Below, piece after piece: positions 58,521 to 64,000 of a DNA stretch of 64,000 nucleotides. Origin of the DNA: Eledone cirrhosa (Eukaryota); assembly GCA_964016885.1 (NCBI GenBank), contig OZ024742.1:8432001-8496000 (forward strand). Reading direction: 5' to 3'. Every line of letters starts with the position of its first letter. The stretch's first letter is position 1. The position numbers and the translations under genes were made by a program. The notes beneath the pieces were generated by a model. It ran no database searches and was not told the origin of the DNA. It saw only the letters and a program-made list of their open reading frames with translations.

Positions 58521-61500
58521 CCTTCTTCAGTGTAAACCTACAGACTCTGCACTGCTAGACTGCCCTATCTCAGTACATATTTTCTAGTATACTTCTTCAG
58601 TGTAAACCTACAGACTCTGCACTGCTAGACTGCCCTATCTCAGTACATATTTTCTAGTATACTTCTTCAGTGTAAACCTACAGACTCTGCTCTGCTAGAC
58701 TACCCTATCTCAGTACATATCTTCTAGTATACTTCTTCAGTGTAAACCTACAGACTCTGCTCTGCTAGACTACCCTATCTCAGTACATATCTTCTAGTAT
58801 ACTTCTTCAGTGTAAACCTACAGACTCTGCACTGCTAGACTGCCCTATCTCAGTACATATTTTCTAGTATACTTCTTCAGTGTAAACCTACAGACTCTGC
58901 TCTGCTAGACTGCCCTATCTCAGTACATATTTTCTAGTATACTTCTTCAGTGTAAACCTACAGACTCTGCTCTGCTAGACTGCCCTATCTCAGTACATAT
59001 TTTCTAGTATACTTCTTCAGTGAAAACCTACAGACTCTGCTCTGCTAGACTACCCTATCTCAGTACATATCTTCTAGTATACTTCTTCAGTGTAAACCTA
59101 CAGACTCTGCTCTGCTAGACTGCCCTATCTCAGTACATATTTTCTAGTATACTTCTTCAGTGTAAACCTACAGACTCTGCACTGCTAGACTGCCCTATCT
59201 CAGTACATATCTTCTAGTATACTTCTTCAGTGTAAACATACAGACTCTGCTCTGCTAGACTGCCCTATCTCAGTACATATCTTCTAGTATATTTCTTCAG
59301 TGTAAACCTACAGACTCTGCTCTGCTAGACTGCCCTATCTCAGTACATATTTTCTAGTATACTTCTTCAGTGTAAACCTACAGACTCTGCACTGCTAGAC
59401 TGCCCTATCTCAGTACATATCTTCTAGTATACTTCTTCAGTGTAAACATACAGACTCTGCTCTGCTAGACTACCCTATCTCAGTACATATCTTCTAGTAT
59501 ACTTCCTCAGTGTAAACCTACAGACTCTGCTCTGCTAGACTACCCTATCTCAGTACATATCTTCTAGTATACTTCTTCAGTGTAAACCTACAGACTCTGC
59601 ACTGCTAGACTGCCCTATCTCAGTACATATTTTCTAGTATACTTCTTCAGTGTAAACCTACAGACTCTGCTCTGCTAGACTGCCCTATCTCAGTACATAT
59701 TTTCTAGTATACTTCTTCAGTGTAAACCTACAGACTCTGCTCTGCTAGACTGCCCTATCTCAGTACATATTTTCTAGTATACTTCTTCAGTGAAAACCTA
59801 CAGACTCTGCTCTGCTAGACTACCCTATCTCAGTACATATCTTCTAGTATACTTCTTCAGTGTAAACCTACAGACTCTGCTCTGCTAGACTGCCCTATCT
59901 CAGTACATATTTTCTAGTATACTTCTTCAGTGTAAACCTACAGACTCTGCACTGCTAGACTGCCCTATCTCAGTACATATCTTCTAGTATACTTCTTCAG
60001 TGTAAACATACAGACTCTGCTCTGCTAGACTGCCCTATCTCAGTACATATCTTCTAGTATATTTCTTCAGTGTAAACCTACAGACTCTGCTCTGCTAGAC
60101 TGCCCTATCTCAGTACATATTTTCTAGTATACTTCTTCAGTGTAAACCTACAGACTCTGCACTGCTAGACTGCACTATCTCAGTACATATCTTCTAGTAT
60201 ACTTCTTCAGTGTAAACATACAGACTCTGCTCTGCTAGACTGCCCTATCTCAGTACATATCTTCTAGTATACTTCTTCAGTGTAAACCTACAGGCTCTGC
60301 TCTGCTAGACTGCCCTATCTCAGTACATATCTTCTAGTATACTTCTTCAGTGTAAACCTACAGACTCTGCTCTGCTAGACTGCCCTATCTCAGTACATAT
60401 CTTCTAGTATACTTCTTCAGTGTAAAACTACAGACTCTGCTCTGCTAGACTGCCCTATCTCAGTACATATTTTCTAGTATACTTCTTCAGTGTAAACCTA
60501 CAGACTCTGCACTGCTAGACTGCCCTATCTCAGTACATATCTTCTAGTATACTTCTTCAGTGTAAACCTACAGACTCTGCACTGCTAGACTGCCCTATCT
60601 CAGTACATATCTTCTAGTATAATTCTTCAATGTAAATCTACAGACTCTGCTCTGCTAGACTGCCCTATCTCAGTACATATCTTCTAGTATACTTCTTCAG
60701 TGTAAACCTACAGACTCTGCACTGCTAGACTGCCCTATCTCAGTACATATCTTCTAGTATACTTCTTCAGTGTAAACCTACAGACTCTGCTCTGCTAGAC
60801 TGCCCTATCTCAGTACATATCTTCTAGTATACTTCTTCAGTGTAAACCTACAGACTCTGCTCTGCTAGACTGCCCTATCTCAGTACATATCTTCTAGTAT
60901 ACTTCTTCAGTGTAAACCTACAGACTCTGCTCTGCTAGACTGCCCTATCTCAGTACATATCTTCTAGTATACTTCTTCAGTGTAAACCTACAGACTCTGC
61001 ACTGCTAGACTGCCCTATCTCAGTACATATCTTCTAGTATACTTCTTCAGTGTAAACCTACAGACTCTGCTCTGCTAGACTGCCCTATCTCAGTACATAT
61101 CTTCTAGTATACTTCTTCAGTGTAAACCTACAGACTCTGCACTTCTAGACTACACTATCTCAGTACATATCTTCTAGTATACTTCTTCAGTGTAAACCCA
61201 CAGACTCTGCACTGCTAGACTGCCCTATCTCAGTACATATCTTCTAGTATACTTCTTCAGTGTAAACCTACAGACTCTGCTCTGCTAGACTGCCCTATCT
61301 CAGTACATATCTTCTAGTATACTACCTCAGTGTAAATCTACAGACTCTACTCTGCTAGACTGCCCTATCTCAGTACATATCTTCTAGTATACTTCCTCAG
61401 TGTAAACCTACAGACTCTGCTCTGCTAGACTGCCCTATCTCAGTACATATTTTCTAGTATACTTCTTCAGTGTAAACCTACAGACTCTGCTCTGCTAGAC

Positions 61501-64000
61501 TGCCCTATCTCAGTACATATCTTCTAGTATACTTCTTCAGTGTAAACCTACAGACTCTGCTCTGCTAGACTGCCCTATCTCAGTACATATCTTCTAGTAT
61601 ACTTCTTCAATGTAAACCTACAGATTCTGCACTGCTAGACTGCCCTATCTCAGTACATATCTTCTAGTATACTTCCTCAGAGTAAACCTACAGACTCTGC
61701 TCTGCTAGACTGCCCTATCTCAGTACATATTTTCTAGTATAATTCCTCAGTGTAAACCTACAGACTCTGCTCTGCTAGACTGCCCTATCTCAGTACATAT
61801 CTTCTAGTATACTTCTTCAATGTAAACCTACAGACTCTGTCTGCTAGACTGCTCTATCTCAGTACATATCTTCTAGTATAATTCTTCAATGTAAACCTAC
61901 AGACTCTGCTCTGCTAGACTACCCTATCTCAGTACATATCTTCTAGTATACTTCTTCAGTGTAAACCTACAGACTCTGCACTGCTAGACTGCCCTATCTC
62001 AGTACATATCTTCTAGTATAATTCTTCAATGTAAATCTACAGACTCTGCTCTGCTAGACTGCCCTATCTCAGTACATATCTTCTAGTATAAATCTTCAAT
62101 GTAAACCTACAGACTCTGCACTTCTAGACTACCCTATCTCAGTACATATCTTCTAGTATACTTCTTCAGTGTAAATCTACAGACTCTACTCTGCTAGACT
62201 GCCCTATCTCAGTACATATTTTCTAGTATACTTCCTCAGTGTAAACCTACAGACTCTGCTCTGCTAGACTGCCCTATCTCAGTACATATCTTCTAGTATA
62301 CTTCCTCAGAGTAAACCTACAGACTCTGCTCTGCTAGACTGCCCTATCTCAGTACATATCTTCTAGTATAAATCTTCAATGTAAACCTACAGACTCTGCA
62401 CTTCTAGACTACCCTATCTCAGTACATATCTTCTAGTATACTTCTTCAGTGTAAACCTACAGACTCTGCTCTGCTAGACTGCCCTATCTCAGTACATATT
62501 TTCTAGTATAATTCCTCAGTGTAAACCTACAGACTCTGCTCTGCTAGACTGCCCTATCTCAGTACATATCTTCTAGTATACTTCTTCAGTGTAAACCTAC
62601 AGACTCTGCTCTGCTAGACTACCCTATCTCAGTACATATCTTCTAGTATACTTCTTCAGTGTAAACCTACAGACTCTGCACTGCTAGACTGCCCTATCTC
62701 AGTACATATCTTCTAGTATACTTCCTCAGTGTAAACCTACAGACTCTGCTCTGCTAGACTGCCCTATCTCAGTACATATCTTCTAGTATACTTCTTCAGT
62801 GTAAACCTACAGACTCTGCTCTGCTAGACTACCCTATCTCAGTACATATCTTCTAGTATACTTCTTCAGTGTAAACCTACAGACTCTGCACTGCTAGACT
62901 GCCCTATCTCAGTATATATTTTCTAGTATACTTCTTCAGTGTAAACCTACAGACTCTGCACTGCTAGACTGCCCTACCTCAGTACATATCTTCTAGTATA
63001 CTTCTTCAGTGTAAACCTACAGACTCTGCACTGCTAGACTGCCCTATCTCAGTACATATTTTCTAGTATACTTCTTCAGTGTAAACCTACAGACTCTGCT
63101 CTGCTAGACTACCCTATCTCAGTACATATCTTCTAGTATACTTCTTCAGTGTAAACCTACAGACTCTGCTCTGCTAGACTACCCTATCTCAGGACATATC
63201 TTCTAGTATACTTCTTCAGTGTAAACCTACAGACTCTGCACTGCTAGACTGCCCTATCTCAGTACATATTTTCTAGTATACTTCTTCAGTGTAAACCTAC
63301 AGACTCTGCACTTCTAGACTGCCCTATCTCAGTACATATTTTCTAGTATACTTCTTCAGTGTAAACCTACAGACTCTGCTCTGCTAGACTACCCTATCTC
63401 AGTACATATCTTCTAGTATACTTCTTCAGTGTAAACCTACAGACTCTGCTCTGCTAGACTACCCTATCTCAGTACATATCTTCTAGTATACTTCTTCAGT
63501 GTAAACCTACAGACTCTGCACTGCTAGACTGCCCTATCTCAGTACATATTTTCTAGTATACTTCTTCAGTGTAAACCTACAGACTCTGCACTGCTAGACT
63601 GCCCTATCTCAGTACATATCTTCTAGTATACTTCTTCAGTGTAAACATACAGACTCTGCTCTGCTAGACTGCCCTATCTCAGTACATATCTTCTAGTATA
63701 TTTCTTCAGTGTAAACCTACAGACTCTGCTCTGCTAGACTGCCCTATCTCAGTACATATTTTCTAGTATACTTCTTCAGTGTAAACCTACAGACTCTGCA
63801 CTGCTAGACTGCCCTATCTCAGTACATATCTTCTAGTATACTTCTTCAGTGTAAACATACAGACTCTGCTCTGCTAGACTGCCCTATCTCAGTACATATC
63901 TTCTAGTATACTTCTTCAGTGTAAACCTACAGGCTCTGCTCTGCTAGACTGCCCTATCTCAGTACATATCTTCTAGTATACTTCTTCAGTGTAAACCTAC
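58521..64000. repeat. 70-bp satellite, ~78 copies, runs off the window end
   Basis: Unit acttcttcagtgtaaacctacagactctgcWctgctagactRccctatctcagtacatatYttctagtat; 1-bp deletion near 61840. Confidence 0.97.

Noticed and set aside
58521-64000. CRISPR-like array or coding repeat
   Set aside because: No unique spacers, no cas genes, eukaryotic context; the 70-bp unit is not a multiple of 3 and contains stops

Overview
AT-rich eukaryotic, repeat-dominated DNA. The tRNA-derived SINEs and dense (TA)n/(CA)n microsatellites suggest an octopod cephalopod, which is an inference. I can support no host gene. The window holds at least four Penelope-like retroelements (PLEs; RT plus GIY-YIG). One at 34.5-44.0 kb is almost intact, with a single in-frame TAA. 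One at 7.6-11.7 kb is a frameshifted Naiad-like copy. Two at 16.9-22.1 kb are 5'-truncated and nested. There are also RTE-type LINE remnants, two SINE families, a mariner-like MITE, a pentanucleotide array and a 70-bp satellite from 58.5 kb to the window end. The main hidden signal is RNA-level. More than 20 type I hammerhead ribozyme (HHR) motifs from about a dozen sequence families can be folded by eye. They occur in PLE terminal repeats, in many small asymmetric fold-back elements inserted in (TA)n, and in a non-coding ~430-445-nt tandem, circularly permuted repeat. That repeat looks like a non-LTR retrozyme, and its HHR stem I shows pairing-preserving changes between copies. Most ORFs in the track are microsatellite artefacts. 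All folds and alignments were done by eye, and boundaries are approximate.
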